DNA of 64,000 nucleotides from Mustelus asterias (GCF_964213995.1 NW_027590147.1:124001-188000), one strand, 5' to 3'. Counted from the stretch's first letter, positions 49,474 through 63,287 are shown. Made by a program: numbers and translations. Notes: generated by a model not told the origin, from the sequence alone.

Positions 49474-50148
49474 TCACTCGTGAACATGATGGTGTTTCAG
49501 CAGGTGAGGTGACTGAGTGAATCCCTTCCCACACACGGAGCAGGTGAATGGCCTGTCCCCAGTGTGAATTCGCTGGTGCTTTACCAGGTTGGATGATTGA
49601 CTGAATCCCTTGCCACAATCAGAGCAGGTGAATGGTCTCTCCCCAGTGTGAACTCGCTGGTGCCTCCGCAGGCTGGATGAACAAGTGAATCCCTCCCCAC
49701 ACTGAGGGCAGCTGAATGGCGTCTCCCCAGTGTGAACTCGCAGGTGTTTCCGCAGGTTGGATAACTGAGTGAATCCCTTCCCACAATGAGAGCAGCTGAA
49801 TGGTCTCTCCCCAGTGTGAACTCGCTGGTGTGTCTGCAGGTGGGATGAACAAGTGAATCCCTTCCCACACTGAGGACATGTAAATGGTCTCTCCCCAGTG
49901 TGAACTCGCTGGTGCCTCCGCAGGTGGGATGAACAAGTGAATCCCTTCCCACACTGAGGGCAGGTGAACGGTCTCTCCCCAGTGTGAACTCGCTGGTGTG
50001 TCCGCAGGCTGGATAAATGACTGAATCCCTCCCCACACTGAGAGCACATGAATGGTGTCTCCCCAGTGTGGCTGCGCCGATTAGTTTCCAGCTGTGATGG
50101 GGCTCTGTATCTCTTCCCACAGTCCCCACATTTCCATGGTATCTCCAT
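49474..50148 (-). CDS. tandem C2H2 zinc-finger protein (8 fingers, first degenerate)
   Basis: ORF 49474..50184; ACCATGG at 50148 (MEIPWKC). Confidence 0.87.
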   Translation of the reverse strand: MEIPWKCGDCGKRYRAPSQLETNRRSHTGETPFMCSQCGEGFSHLSSLRTHQRVHTGERPFTCPQCGKGFTCSSHLRRHQRVHTGERPFTCPQCGKGFTCSSHLQTHQRVHTGERPFSCSHCGKGFTQLSNLRKHLRVHTGETPFSCPQCGEGFTCSSSLRRHQRVHTGERPFTCSDCGKGFSQSSNLVKHQRIHTGDRPFTCSVCGKGFTQSPHLLKHHHVHE

Positions 50149-51069
50149 GGTGCAGGTGTCCTGACCTCTGTCTTGGGTGGACAATCAGTTCAAGCCTCGT
50201 CCACACACAGAACACGGGTACAGTCTCTCCCTGCTGTGAATGGTGTGATATTTATTCAGGCTGTGTAACTGGTTAAAGCTCTTTAGTCCGAGCACTAGAA
50301 CACTCTCACTCGAGTGTGGCAGTGTGTTGGTACTTTTCCAGTCACACTGATGGTCGAACTCTTTTCAAATCGACAAACTGGACAATCATTTCTCTCTCTA
50401 GATTCAATGGCTGATGATATTCAGATCCCAAGGAATATGACTGTCAGATCTGACATGACATTTGAGATTTCGGTCTGTGATTCCTCTTTCAATATCCTGT
50501 AAAATGAATTTACAAAAGTCATCAGTGTCAGTGCAGGATAGAAATTCAGAACAGACAATTCTAGTTTCTATGGAACATTCTTTCCTATTTCAGTCCCAAA
50601 AATCTGTGAATCTCCATCCCACACACTCTCCCTCCATTCTCACTCTGCTGTATCTAATATTCACCCTCCCAATTCTCCTGAAGGTGCTGATTGAGGCTGA
50701 TTGACAGATCCATGTTCACTGCTTCCTGTCCTGGACACAGAGACCATAACAAATAGGAGCTGCAGTCGGCCATTTGGCCCATCGAGCCTTTTAAACTATT
50801 CAATGAGATAATTCGTTCATCTACCTCAGCATCATTCTCCCCACACTAAACCCATATCCCTTGATATCCTCAATATCTAGAAACCAATCAATCTCTCTCT
50901 TGAAAATAGTTGATGACTGAGGCTTCACTGTCCTCAGGGATTGAGAATTCCAAAGCTTTACCACATCCTTGAGTGAAGAAATCCCCCCACATCTTAGCTT
51001 TTGCTCCATCTTCTTGTCTGTTCCCCATAACCCTTGACACCCTTGTCAGTCAAAGATCTGTCTAACTGG

Positions 51070-51680
51070 AATATGTTCAATGATCCTGAGTACAGGAGTT
51101 GGGTGTTATAGTTGTATGAGTCGTTGGTGAGGCTGCACTTGGAGTATTGTGTACAGTTTTTGTAACCCTGTAATAGGAAAGACATTGATAAACTGGAAAG
51201 AGTGCAAAGAAGATTTATGAGGATGTTGCCGAGTGATCGTGAGAGGTTGGACAGGCTAGGGATTTATTCCTTCGAACGTAGGAGAATATGGGGGTGACCA
51301 TATTGAGGTGTATTAAATAATACGGGGCATAGATCGGATGAACCCACATTGTCTTTTTGCCAGGGTAGGAGAATTGAAAACTAGAGGGCCTAGGTTTAAG
51401 ATGAGAGGGAAAAGATTAAAAGAGACCTGAGGGGCAACTTCTTCATGCAGAGGGTGGTGTGTACATGGAATGAGCTGCCAGAGAAAGTGGTTGAGGCAGG
51501 TTCAAACAGCAGGTTTAAACATTTAAAAAGCATTTGGATAAGTAAATGAATTGGAAAGGATTAGAGGGATATGAGCCAAACATGGGCAATTGGGACTAGC
51601 TGGGAGGGCACCATGTTTGGCATGGATCAGTTGGGCCCAAGGGCCTGTTTCCGTGCTGTATTGCTCTATGACTCTATGTG
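51070..51680 (+). mobile_element. CR1 3' fragment
   Basis: cacttggagtattgtgtacag..ctagaggg..; ctatgactctatg tail. Confidence 0.82.
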
Positions 51681-52506
51681 CTGGCTGCATCAGCATCTAT
51701 TGCCCATAACTCATTGTCCTTGAACTGAGTGGCTTGCATTGCTGGGGGATGTGGTAGATTTCCTTCTTTAAAGGACATTATTAAATCAGATGGATTTTTA
51801 CAACAATTGTCATCAATGGACTTCTAATTCTAGATTTTTACTGAATTCAAATTTCAACATTTGCCATTGTGGGATTCGAACCCAGGGTTCACAGTGCATT
51901 GCCCTGGATCCCTGTATTACTAATCCAATAACACTATCACATGCTCCATTGCCTCACCATCCATGGTAAAGGAGTCACAGTAGCCCGAGATCCATGGAAT
52001 CAGAGCATGCTCTGAATTTAAATTAATGCTCACTAACACTCACCTCAAAACAATTTCACTGTTTTCACATTTTAAAATCTGCTGCAGCTGAAAAGATCTG
52101 AGAGAGATTGGTGTCCGGGAAAAATATTGCAATCTTCAAATCTTCTCCCTGTAAATGAGGAAAGTTATAGGTGTAATTCAAGGTTAGAAATTCAAGACAG
52201 ACAAACATTTCTTTTGGTCTGAGTTTGCTGTGTGTAAATCCTCCCCTTCTAACCCCCTGTAAAAGGAGTTTCCAAAATCCATCAGCATCTGTCCAGAACA
52301 GAGATTCAAAACATTCCCTCCTCCTTTAACCTGGCACAGAATTACTTTAGCTGGGACAAAATTGCAGTGGAGGCAGTTCAGAGAAGATGCAGTTGGTTGA
52401 TTCCTGAAATGAGGAGTTTTATCTTTCAGGTTGAGCAGTTTGGTCCTGTACTCTTTGGGGTTTTGAAGACTGAGAAGTAATCTTAATGAAACATCTGGGA
52501 ATTTAA

Positions 52507-52805
52507 GGGCGGCATGGTGGCTAGCACTGCTGCCTCACAGCGCCAGGGTCCCAGGTTCAATTCCGGCCTTGGGTCACTGTCTGTATGGAGTTTGCACATT
52601 CTCCCCATGTCTGCGTGGGTTTCCTCCAGGTGTTCCAATTTCCTCCCACAGTCCAAAGACTGTGGTTCGGTGGATTGGCCATGCTAAATTGACCCTCGTG
52701 TCAAATGCATGGGGTTGTGGGGATAGGGCCTGGGTGGGATTGTTGTCTGTCCAGACTCGATGGGCCAAATGGCCTCCTTCTGCATTGTAGGGATTCTATG
52801 ATTCA
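52507..52805 (+). mobile_element. HE1-type SINE
   Basis: Head, core and CR1-type tail. Confidence 0.88.
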
Positions 52806-52899
52806 TATGATCGAAGGTGCTTGACAGCAGCGCATGCGCTCTCCGTCTCCGCTGAAACAAGATGGCGGCCGATAACTGGGAACTGTTCCCGAGATTAAA

Positions 52900-55800
52900 T
52901 GATCTTCTACAAAGATGCAAGAAAGCAGACAAGATACCAAAAGGACGACAGATCACGAACCCACTCAGGTCAACCTATAACACAGACTACGCTGAGACAC
53001 TTTGCCGTCGCACCTCTCTCACACTCCTCAAACACCTCGTACACCAGCTCTACAGCAAACGCCGCAGCCTGCAAACCAAGATCGAATCCATATTCTCAAC
53101 TTGCGCTCAGGATGCAGACCAGCTGCGAAACTCTGCCAAGCAGACGAGACAAAGGAACTACACCATCTACATGCACACCAAGAACAGGAAACTTGAGAAA
53201 CTCGGCATCACCACCAGCAGCAACCAAGCCTCCCCCGGTACCACAGCAGGAAACAGTACCACTGCAGGGAAGTCCATTGTCAACTTGTCTGATGACACAC
53301 TTCAACCAGATGAAATCGAGGTTCTCAGCCGACGGCTTAATTTTTGCCCCACCACCAAAATAGACCCCATCAGTCTCGCAGTAGACACAGAGGAATTCAT
53401 CAGGCGAATGAGGCTGTGGGAGTTCTTCCACAAACCCCAAGAGGCCAACAGCGAACACAATGAGACAGCCAATGAACCGGAACAGTCGACAGAGAGATCC
53501 ACAGTGCATCCGAAGAGGAAAGAGTCGAATTGGACTCCTCCGGAAGGCTGCTGTCCTCGACTTGACATGTATGCCCAAGCCATCAGGAGGTGCGTCAACA
53601 CCAAATTCATCAGCCGCACTCACAAGACAGCCCTGAACATCACCCAAGCACAACGCAATGCCATCCATGCTCTCAAGACCAACCGCAACATTGTCATCAA
53701 ACCAGCAGACAAAGGAGGGGCCATCGTCATATTGAACAGAACGGATTACTGCAAAGAAGTGTACCGACAACTCAACAATGAGGAACACTACAGACAGTTA
53801 CCCGCAGATCCGACCAAAGAACACACCTGTCAACTCAACACTCTGATCAAGACCTTTGATCTGGACCTTCAGAGCACCCTCCGTGCTCTCATCCCATGTA
53901 CTCCCGGTGTTGGAGATCTCTACTGCCTCCCGAAGATACACAAGGCAAACACACCCGGCCGTCCCATTGAATCGGGCAATGGGACCCTGTGCGAGAACCT
54001 CTCCGGCTATGTCGAGGAAATCCTGAAACCCATTGTACAAAGAACCCCCAGCTTTTGTCGCGACACTACGGACTTTCTACAGAAACTCAGCACACATGGA
54101 GCAGTTGAACCAGGAGCGCTCCTCATCACAATGGATGTCTCGGCACTCTACACCAGCATCCCCCACGACAATGGCATTGCTGCAACGGCCTCAGTGCTCA
54201 GCGCCGACAACTGCCAGTTTCCAGATGCAATTTTACATCTCATCCGCTTCATCCTGGACCAAAATATCTTCACCTTCAACAACCAATTCTTCATCCAGAC
54301 ACACGGAACAGCCATGGGGACCAAATTTGCACCTCAATATGCCAACATTTTCATGCACAGGTTCGAACAAGACTTCTTCACTGCACGGGACCTTCAACCG
54401 ATGCTATACATAAGATACATCGATGACATTTTCTTCCTTTGGACTCATGGTGAACAATCACTGAAACAACTATATGATGTTCCAAGTTCCATCCCACCAT
54501 CAGACTCACCATGGACTACTCTCCGGAATCAGTTGCATTCTTGGACACACGCATCTCCATTAAGGACAGTCACCTCAGCACCTCACTATACCGCAAGCCC
54601 ACGGATAACCTCACGATGCTCCACTTCTCCAGCTTCCACCCGAAACACGTTAAAGAAGCCATCCCCTACGGACAAGCCCTCCGTATACACAGGATCTGCT
54701 CAGATGAGGAGGATCGAAACAGACACCTCCAGACGCTGAAAGATGCCCTCATAAGAACAGAATATAGCGCTCGACTCATCGATCAACAGTTCCAACGCGC
54801 CACAGTGAAAAACCGCACCGACCTCCTCAGAAAACAAACACGGAACACGGTGGACAAAGTACCCTTCGTCGTCCAGTACTTCCCCGGAGCGGAGAAGCTA
54901 CGGCATCTCCTCCGGAGCCTTCAACATGTCATTGATGAAGATGAACATCTCGCCAAGGCCATCCCCACACCCCCACTTCTTGCCTTCAAACAACCGCACA
55001 ACCTCAAACAGACCATTGTCCGCAGCAAACTACCCAGCCTTCAGGAGAACAGTGACCACGACACCACACAACCCTGCCACAGCAACCTCTGCAAGACATG
55101 CCGGATCATCGACACAGATGCCATCACCACACGTGAGAACACCATCCACCAAGTACACGGTACCTACTCTTGCAACTCGGCCAAAGTTGTCTACCTGATA
55201 CGCTGCAAGAAAGGATGTCCCGAGGCATGGTACATTGGGGAAACCATGCAGACGCTGCAACAACAGATGAATGAACACCATTTGACAATCACCAGGCAAG
55301 ACTGTTCTCTACCTGTTGGGGAGCACTTGAGCGGTCACGGGCATTCGGCCTCTGATATTTGGCTAAACGTTCTCCAAGGCGGCCTTCACGACACATGACG
55401 GCGCAGAGTCGCTGAGCAGAAACTGATAGCCAAGTTCCGCACACATGAGGACGGCCTCAACCGGGATATTGGGTTCATGTCACACTATTTGTAACCCCCA
55501 CAGTTTGCCTGGACCTGCAGAGTTTCACTGGCTGTCCTGTCTGGAGACAATACACATCTCTTTAGCCTGTCTTGATGCTCTCTCCACTCACATTGTTTGT
55601 ATCTTAAAGACTTGATTAGCTGTAAGTATTCGCATTCCAACCATTATTCATATAAATTGAGTTTGTGTCTTTATATGCCCTGTTTGTGAACAGAATTCCC
55701 ACTCACCTGAAGAAGGGGCTTGGAGCTCCGAAAGCTTGTGAGGCTTTTGCTACCAAATAAACCTGTTGGACTTTAACCTGGTGTTGTTAAACTTCTTCCC

Positions 55801-55970
55801 GAGATTAACTTCTTCCCGAGATTAAAGTCATGACGTGGAGATGCCGGCGTTGGGTGGGGTAAAGACAGTAAGAAGTTTAACAACACCAGGTTAAAGTCTA
55901 ACAAGTTTATTTGGTGTGTGGCTTTTGCTACCAAATAAACCTGTTGGACTTTAACCTGGTGTTAAACTTC
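52900..55970 (+). mobile_element. Penelope-like element (RT plus GIY-YIG endonuclease), frameshifted
   Basis: ORF 52862..54739 (IKPADKGGA, LPKIHK..PGRPI, DVSALYTSI, GTAMG, RYIDDIF) and ORF 54511..55398 (VVYLIRC..C..YIGET); direct and inverted terminal-repeat pieces; target TTCCCGAGAT repeated at both ends. Confidence 0.93.
55702..55742 (+). ncRNA. minimal type I hammerhead ribozyme
   Basis: CTCAC-CTGAAGA-A-GGGGCT/TGG/AGCTCC-GAAAGCTT-GTGAG. Confidence 0.8.
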
Positions 55971-55979
55971 TTCCCGAGA

Positions 55980-56230
55980 TGAAAGGCTGGGAGCTGTAAA
56001 CCCGGGGCCTGCAGAGTCTATTCGGGCCGTGCGACCTACAGCGGGTGTTGGTGAAGCCAGAGCTCCCTCCCGACCCCGACTCCCGGCTCCGACTCCCGGC
56101 TCCATTTCTCCCGCAGCCCCACCGACTCACCCACTGAAAAAAGCGGCTCCCGCACTCACAGGGCTCCGAGCAAAATGACACTGCGCACGCTCCAGATAGA
56201 GCAGCGCGCCTGCGCAATGGGCTCCTGTGG
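55980..56230 (-). promoter_or_regulatory. CpG-rich promoter and first exon, probably for the ZNF at 50148 (-)
   Basis: TGCGCA motifs; minus-strand donor G|GTGAGT at about 56130; originally contiguous with the NRF1/YY1 sites at 52830..52870. Confidence 0.6.
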
Positions 56231-57200
56231 AATGAATAGCACACTTTCATACCCGCAGGGGCACCTGGGAATTAACGGCGTCATTGTCAAAGACAATAAT
56301 AGAAAATTATCTTGTGCAATTAAGATCAAATAGTTTTTAAAAATGCATTCCTCGGAATTTGTGCGCTGCCATTCTCCATTTCTAAAATTGATTTAAACCA
56401 GTGCTCTCCTGTGGGAATACCCCGAGTTTTTAAACCTTTTCCCACTGGTTTCCTCCCCTCTCTTTGCTCTCCTGAAGGTGCTCATACTGGTTGGGTAAAT
56501 CCCACAGAGACTGGTTTCTTTCACTTTCTTTCTCCTGATGCTGAATATTCTGTTTTATGAAATGATACATCACAGATGGAAACCATTTGGCTCATCCTGC
56601 CCAGTCGGCCTGTCTTTAAGATCTGTCCAGTTAATCCCACAGCCCTGCTGGCAGAGTGAGAACAATGTATATATACTGCAGCAATGCAGGAGGTGAATGG
56701 AAAATGTTTTCCAGTTGCATACCTCTCAGACACACTCACCCCTAGAAAGATAAATTGGCCTGTGTACTAAGCAGATATTAAGGTTCCACTTAAAATTAAA
56801 AGAGAAGGTGCTGGAAAAATGCAGCAGTCACCAGGGCCGAGTTTATGGTCAAAATGATGGTGCTGAGCTGCTGTTAGAAAGTAACCAGCAATCCAACAAG
56901 CCACTCAAAATATTGAATCAAACAAAATTGTTCAAAGATTGAGCCAAAGAATTCTGTTTTCCAACATGGTGCTCTGATTTTTTGTGATTGTTTTAATGTT
57001 CTGACAATTACCTGGTGTAGTCCGGGTTTATTTTATACTCATTCCAACCCATCGCTGTCCATGAGCACATTACCCCCACTCTGATTCTCCATCCCATCAG
57101 AGACAACTCAGTCACTGACTGGAAATCAGGGCTTTTAATGAGAGCTCTGACAACCGAGAATGCACCGTAGGCAGAACCAACCCGAGCTAACAAACCCCAG

Positions 57201-57325
57201 ACAGTGAACATTATCTCCCAGACCCGAATATAAAGTAGTGAACATTCTCCCCGCAGACCTGAATATAAAACAGTGAACATTATCCCCCTGACCCGAATAT
57301 AAAACAGTGAACATTATCCCCCCCA
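57201..57325. repeat. about 35-bp minisatellite, about 3.5 copies
   Basis: Unit acagtgaacattatc(c)cccagacccgaatataaa. Confidence 0.8.
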
Positions 57326-57777
57326 CACTTGAATACAAAATTGTCCTGATGGATTCAGACAGCATTATCACAATATTCCAAATGTGTTTTTTCCAGGAAT
57401 AGATTCAGCGGCTGCATCACTGGAGGCCAGAGATACTCTCCTCAAACTCGGCTCATGTGAGGAATCCCTCCAATGAGGCTCAGGAATGCAACAACCAGAC
57501 TTACGTGACCACCAAGTGTGTAACTGAACAAACTACCGCAACGTTGAAGATGTGTTTCAGTGTGAAATGATTTGCTTCACCTGTTGCTTCAGATTTGAGA
57601 GAAAATTTCCCTTTCTGGGGTAATTTGACCTTGACCCAGGCACTTTTCAGATCTGAAAGTGATGGCCTTTAGCACAATCACAAGGCTGCACAATACAGAG
57701 GGAACACTAATCTGTTTCATTCTGTGACTATGTCGTGGTTACACGAGTGATACTTTCCACTAATTAGCTGCCAGCAC

Positions 57778-58358
57778 CATGCAGACGCTACGACGACGGA
57801 TGAATGAACACCGCTCGACAATCACCAGGCAAGACTGTTCTCTTCCTGTGGGGGAGCACTTCAGCGGTCACGGGCATTCAGCCTCTGATCTTCGGGTAAG
57901 CGTTCTCCAAGGCGGCCTTCACGACACACGACAGCTCAGAGTCGCTGAGCAGAAACTGATAGCCACGTTCCGCACACATGAGGACGGCCTCAACCAGGAT
58001 ATTGGGTTCATGTCACACTATCAGAAACCCCCACAGCTTGCCTGGACTTGCAAAATCTCACTGGCTGTCCTGTCTGGAGACAATACAAATCTCTTTAACC
58101 TGTGCTTTATGCTCCCTCCATCTCTTTAACCTGTGCTTAATGCTCCCTCCACTCACATTGTCTGTATCCTTAAGACCTGGTTGGCTGTAGAGCTTCGCAT
58201 TCTAATCAGTATTCTGTAACTTGATTTTGTGTCTCTGTGTCCTGTTTGAGAGCAGATTTCCACTCCATCTGATGAAGGAGCAGCGCTCCGAAAGCTAATG
58301 GCATTTGCTACCAAATAAACCTGTTGGACTTTAACCTGGTGTTGTTAAATCTCTTACT
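57778..58358 (+). mobile_element. Penelope 3' fragment
   Basis: ORF 57779..58129 R..EH..PVGEHF..HEDGLN; terminal repeat. Confidence 0.88.
58265..58301 (+). ncRNA. minimal type I hammerhead ribozyme
   Basis: CCAT-CTGATGA-A-GGAGC/AGC/GCTCC-GAAAGCTA-ATGG. Confidence 0.82.
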
Positions 58359-58544
58359 ATGAATATCTTTGCCAGTGCAGTGCCGGGTCCTGTTGAGAGT
58401 TCCTGAATTAAAAAAACTCACAGATGGTGCTTTCAAAAAGGGACACAGCAGCCCTGAAAATCAGTGACATTTCAGAATATTAAACTTCAGCCAGTTGTAG
58501 TGATTGTTAATGTCAGCAGAAACAAACCAAATATTGTCAGACTA

Positions 58545-59573
<1,029 letters not shown>

Positions 59574-59659
59574 TTAGTTGAAGCCTCATCCACATACAGA
59601 CCATGTGTATGGTTTCTCCACACTGTGAATAGTGTGGTGTTTTTCAGAGCTCCTTCCCG

Positions 59660-60170
59660 CCTGCGGATCCACAAAGTGTTTCCAAATCCTCCCAGCCACC
59701 GCCTAACGCTGACTCCGCTTCTCCGGGACAAACAAGCGCCAAGGACAGCAATGACACTGCGCATGCTCCACATCACAATGCCCGGGGACTGATTGACGGC
59801 AGCTCCGGACCAATAGGAACAGGGGGCTCTGCTGGAGGACCGAGCGGGAGTGGCCGGTCCTCCAACCAATCGGAGTGAATGAGGGGCGGGACCTGAAGCA
59901 TGCGCAGTGCGGGTAATGGCGACGGACGGACGGTTTTAACTTGGAAGCGAGATCAATACGAGGTAGAGGGCAGCGTGCGGGGAATGATAAATGTGGCGGG
60001 TGGGTGGAGAGGCTTTGTAAACATGTTGTTCAAACCCAAACCCCGGAAATGAACTTCCCGGTCTCCCCTTTGTACCAAATGGAGCGGCAGCTTGCAGTGT
60101 TAGACCCGGGCTGACTGCCGCCATTGAGGCTGCATGTGGGAGGCCGGCAGGGATTGTGATCGGAGAGGGA
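59660..60170. promoter_or_regulatory. CpG-rich bidirectional promoter
   Basis: 59663..59890 is a near reverse complement of 40421..40650; GC box, GCATGCGCAG, CCAAT, CCGGAA. Confidence 0.7.
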
Positions 60171-60175
60171 AGCCC

Positions 60176-60314
60176 TGACGTCACAATGGAATGGGTGAGG
60201 GTGTGACGTCACAATGGAATGGTTGAGGGTGTGACGTCACAATGGAATGGGTGAGGGTGTGACGTCACAATGGAATGGGTGAGAGTGTGACATCACAATG
60301 GAATGGGTGAGGGT
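60176..60314. repeat. 5 x 28-bp tandem repeat, four units with a perfect CRE palindrome
   Basis: Unit TGACGTCACAATGGAATGGGTGAGGGTG starting at 60176, 60204, 60232, 60260 and 60288 (last unit TGACATCA). Confidence 0.92.
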
Positions 60315-60361
60315 TCCAGATGAGCTGAGACTGGGCTGGAGTCGGGCGATGGCACTGACAT

Positions 60362-60670
60362 GTGGCCCGGTGGCACAGTGGTTAGTGCAGCTGCCTAACA
60401 GCGCCAGGGACCCGGGTTCAATTCCAGCCTCGGGTCACTGTCTGTGCAGAGGTTCTACATTCTCCCCGTGTCTGTGTGGGTTTCCTCCGGGTGTTCCGAT
60501 TCCCTTCCACAGTCCAAAGATGTGCTGGTTAGACGGATTGGCCATGATAAATTGCCACTTGGTATCAGGGGGATTAACAGGTAAATATGTGGATAGGGCC
60601 TGGATGGGATTTTTGTCGGTGCAGGCTCGATGGGCTGAATGGCCTCCCCCTACACTGTATTTTATGATTC
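60362..60670 (+). mobile_element. HE1-type SINE
   Basis: Head, core and CR1-type tail. Confidence 0.85.
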
Positions 60671-60859
60671 ATTATTATTAATTAATTACTATTCTGATTT
60701 ACAGCTGTTTCTGAGTTTTAACTGTATCCTCTATTGTGAACACCGAGGCAAAATACTTGTTCAATTAATCTCCCAGCTCCTTATTTTTCATTATCAATTC
60801 CTGGACTCACTTTCTATTAGACAGTTAAGAAATGAGGTCGGGCAAGTAACTGAAGTGTC

Positions 60860-61545
60860 AGTCAGGGAGCACTGTTGGGAGCACCAATAGTTTCAAAATA
60901 GTTCTGGAAAAAGATAGGACAGGTCCACAGGTCAAGGCCCTAAACTGGAGCAGGGCCACTTTTGTGGGCATTAAGCAGGATCTGGTAGATGTCGATTAGG
61001 TGAATTTCTTTGAAGGGAAAGGAATGACTGGCAAATGGGAGGTTTTAAAAGTGTGATATCAAGAGTCATGGGGCAGTATATTCCTGTTAAGATGCATGGA
61101 ACGAATGGTAAATTTAGGGATCTCTGGCAGACAAGGGATATTGAGGCTCTGGTCAGGTAAAAGAAGGAAGCATACATTGGGTTTAGGCAATCGGGGACAA
61201 GTGAATCACTCTGATTATAAAAAGTGTAAGAAAATACTGAAGAGGGAAATCAGGAGGACAAAAAGAGGGTATGATATGGATCTGGCAGGTAAGATTAAAG
61301 AAAATTCCAAGAGGTTCTATAGCTATATTAAGAGTTAGACGGTGGCTAGAGAGAGAATAGATCCCCTTAAAAATCAGTATGGCCATCTGTGTGTGGAGCC
61401 ACAGGAGATGGGTGAGATTTTTAATGAATACTTCTCCTCTGTGTTTACTGCAGAGAGCACCATGGGTGCTAAAGAAATAAGGGAAACAAGTGGTGATGTC
61501 TTGGGCACACGCATGTTACTTGGGAGGAGGTATCTGCAGCCTTAG
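60860..61545 (+). mobile_element. CR1 internal fragment
   Basis: LKREIRRTKRGY...KENSKRFYSYIKS; EIFNEYFSSVFT. Confidence 0.78.
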
Positions 61546-62195
61546 AAAAGCAAATTACTGCGGATGCTGGAATCTGAAACCAAGAGAGAAAATGCTGGAA
61601 AATGTCAGCAGGTCTGGCAGCATCTGTAAGGAAAGAAAAGAGCTGATGTTTCTTGTCTAGATGACCCTTTGTCAAAGCTCTGAAACTTCAGTTCTTTTCT
61701 CTCCATCCAGATGCTGCCAGACCTGCTGAGAATGGGGAGAGAGCTTTTGGGGAATGAGAGAGGAAAGAATGTTCCATAGAAATTGTCTGTTCTGAATTTA
61801 TATTCTGTACTGACACTGATGACTTTTGTAAACTCATTTTCCAGGATTTTGAAAGAGGAATCACAGGCCGAAATCTCAAACATCACGTCTAGATCTGACA
61901 GAGTCGTATTCATTGGGACCTCAATATCACCGGACTTTGAATCCAGAAGGAGAAATGATTGTCCAGTCTGTCGATTTGAAGAGATTTGAAATGTCAGTGT
62001 GAGTGAAAAAGCATCAACACACTGCCACACTTGAGTGAGAGTGTTCCAATGCACTGACTAAAGAGCTTTAACCAGTTACACAGTCTGAATAAATATCACA
62101 CCATTCACAGCGGGGAGAGACTGTAATCTTGTTCTGTGTGTGGACGAAGTTTCAACTAGTTGTCCACCCAAGAGAGAGGCAAGGACGCCTGCACC

Positions 62196-63038
62196 ATGGA
62201 GAAACCATGGAAATGTGTGGACTGTGGGAAGGGATGCAGAACCCCATCTCAGCTGGAAGCTCATCGGCGCAACCACACTGGGGAGAGGCCGTTCATCTGC
62301 TCTCAGTGTGGGAAGGGATTCACTCAGTTATCCCACCTGCAATCACACCAGCTACGTCACACAGGGGAGAAGCCGTTCACCTGCTCTCAGTGTGGGGAGG
62401 GATTCACTCGGTCAACCAACCTGCAGTCACACCAGCGAGTTCACACTGGGGAGAGACCATTCACCTGCTCTCAGTGTGGGCAGGGATTCATTCAGTTCTG
62501 CAGCCTGCAGACACACCAGCGAGTTCACACTGGAGAGAGGCCATTCACCTGCTCTCAGTGTGGGAAGGGATTCACTCGGTCATCCCACCTGCAGAGACAC
62601 CAGCGAGTTCACACTGGGGAGAGTCCATTCACCTGCTCTCAGTGTGGGAAGGGATTCACTCAGCCATCCCACCTGCTGAGACACCAACGCATTCACACTG
62701 GGGAGAGGCTGTTCACCTGCTCTCAGTGTGGGAAGGGATTCACTCAGTCATCCAACCTGCGGACACACGAACGAGTTCACACTGGGGAGAGACCGTTCAC
62801 CTGCTCTCAGTGTGGGCAAGAATTCACTCAGTTATGCACCCTGCGGACACACCAGCTAGTTCACACTGGGGAGAGGCCATTCACCTGCTCTCAGTGTGGG
62901 AAGGGATTCACTCGGTTATCCACCCTGCGGACGCACCAGCAAGTTCACACTGGGGAGAGGCCGTTCACCTGCTCTCAGTGTGGGAAGGGTTTCAGCGTTT
63001 CATCCCAGCTGCTGAGACATCAACAGGTTCACGAGTGA
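62196..63038 (+). CDS. tandem C2H2 zinc-finger protein (10 fingers)
   Basis: ORF 62160..63038; ACCATGG at 62196; homogeneous [10 protein letters not shown] units. Confidence 0.9.
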   Translation: MEKPWKCVDCGKGCRTPSQLEAHRRNHTGERPFICSQCGKGFTQLSHLQSHQLRHTGEKPFTCSQCGEGFTRSTNLQSHQRVHTGERPFTCSQCGQGFIQFCSLQTHQRVHTGERPFTCSQCGKGFTRSSHLQRHQRVHTGESPFTCSQCGKGFTQPSHLLRHQRIHTGERLFTCSQCGKGFTQSSNLRTHERVHTGERPFTCSQCGQEFTQLCTLRTHQLVHTGERPFTCSQCGKGFTRLSTLRTHQQVHTGERPFTCSQCGKGFSVSSQLLRHQQVHE

Positions 63039-63287
63039 TGACAGTGGTTGGATTCTGCTGTTATTGTTTCTGCTCTCAATTACATCCAGGACTGTATTTT
63101 GTTCATTCTCACAGTTGGTCAATGGGAAGGGTCAGAGGGTTTCTTTGTGCTGGACTGGCCAGTCTCAGCCTCCAGTGGGCTGATGCTCTTTGAGTCTTTT
63201 TGCGAATACCTGATTTCAAATGTCACACGGATCACAGAGTGACAGGGTGTTAGGAAGTTTAGAGATATTTAGTCAGAAGAAAACAGA

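Noticed and set aside
60176-60314. CRISPR-like repeat array
   Set aside because: No unique spacers; a simple tandem repeat in eukaryotic DNA (likewise 57201..57325)
62196-63038. PRDM9 assignment
   Set aside because: No PR/SET, KRAB or SSXRD exons, and an in-frame stop precedes the array
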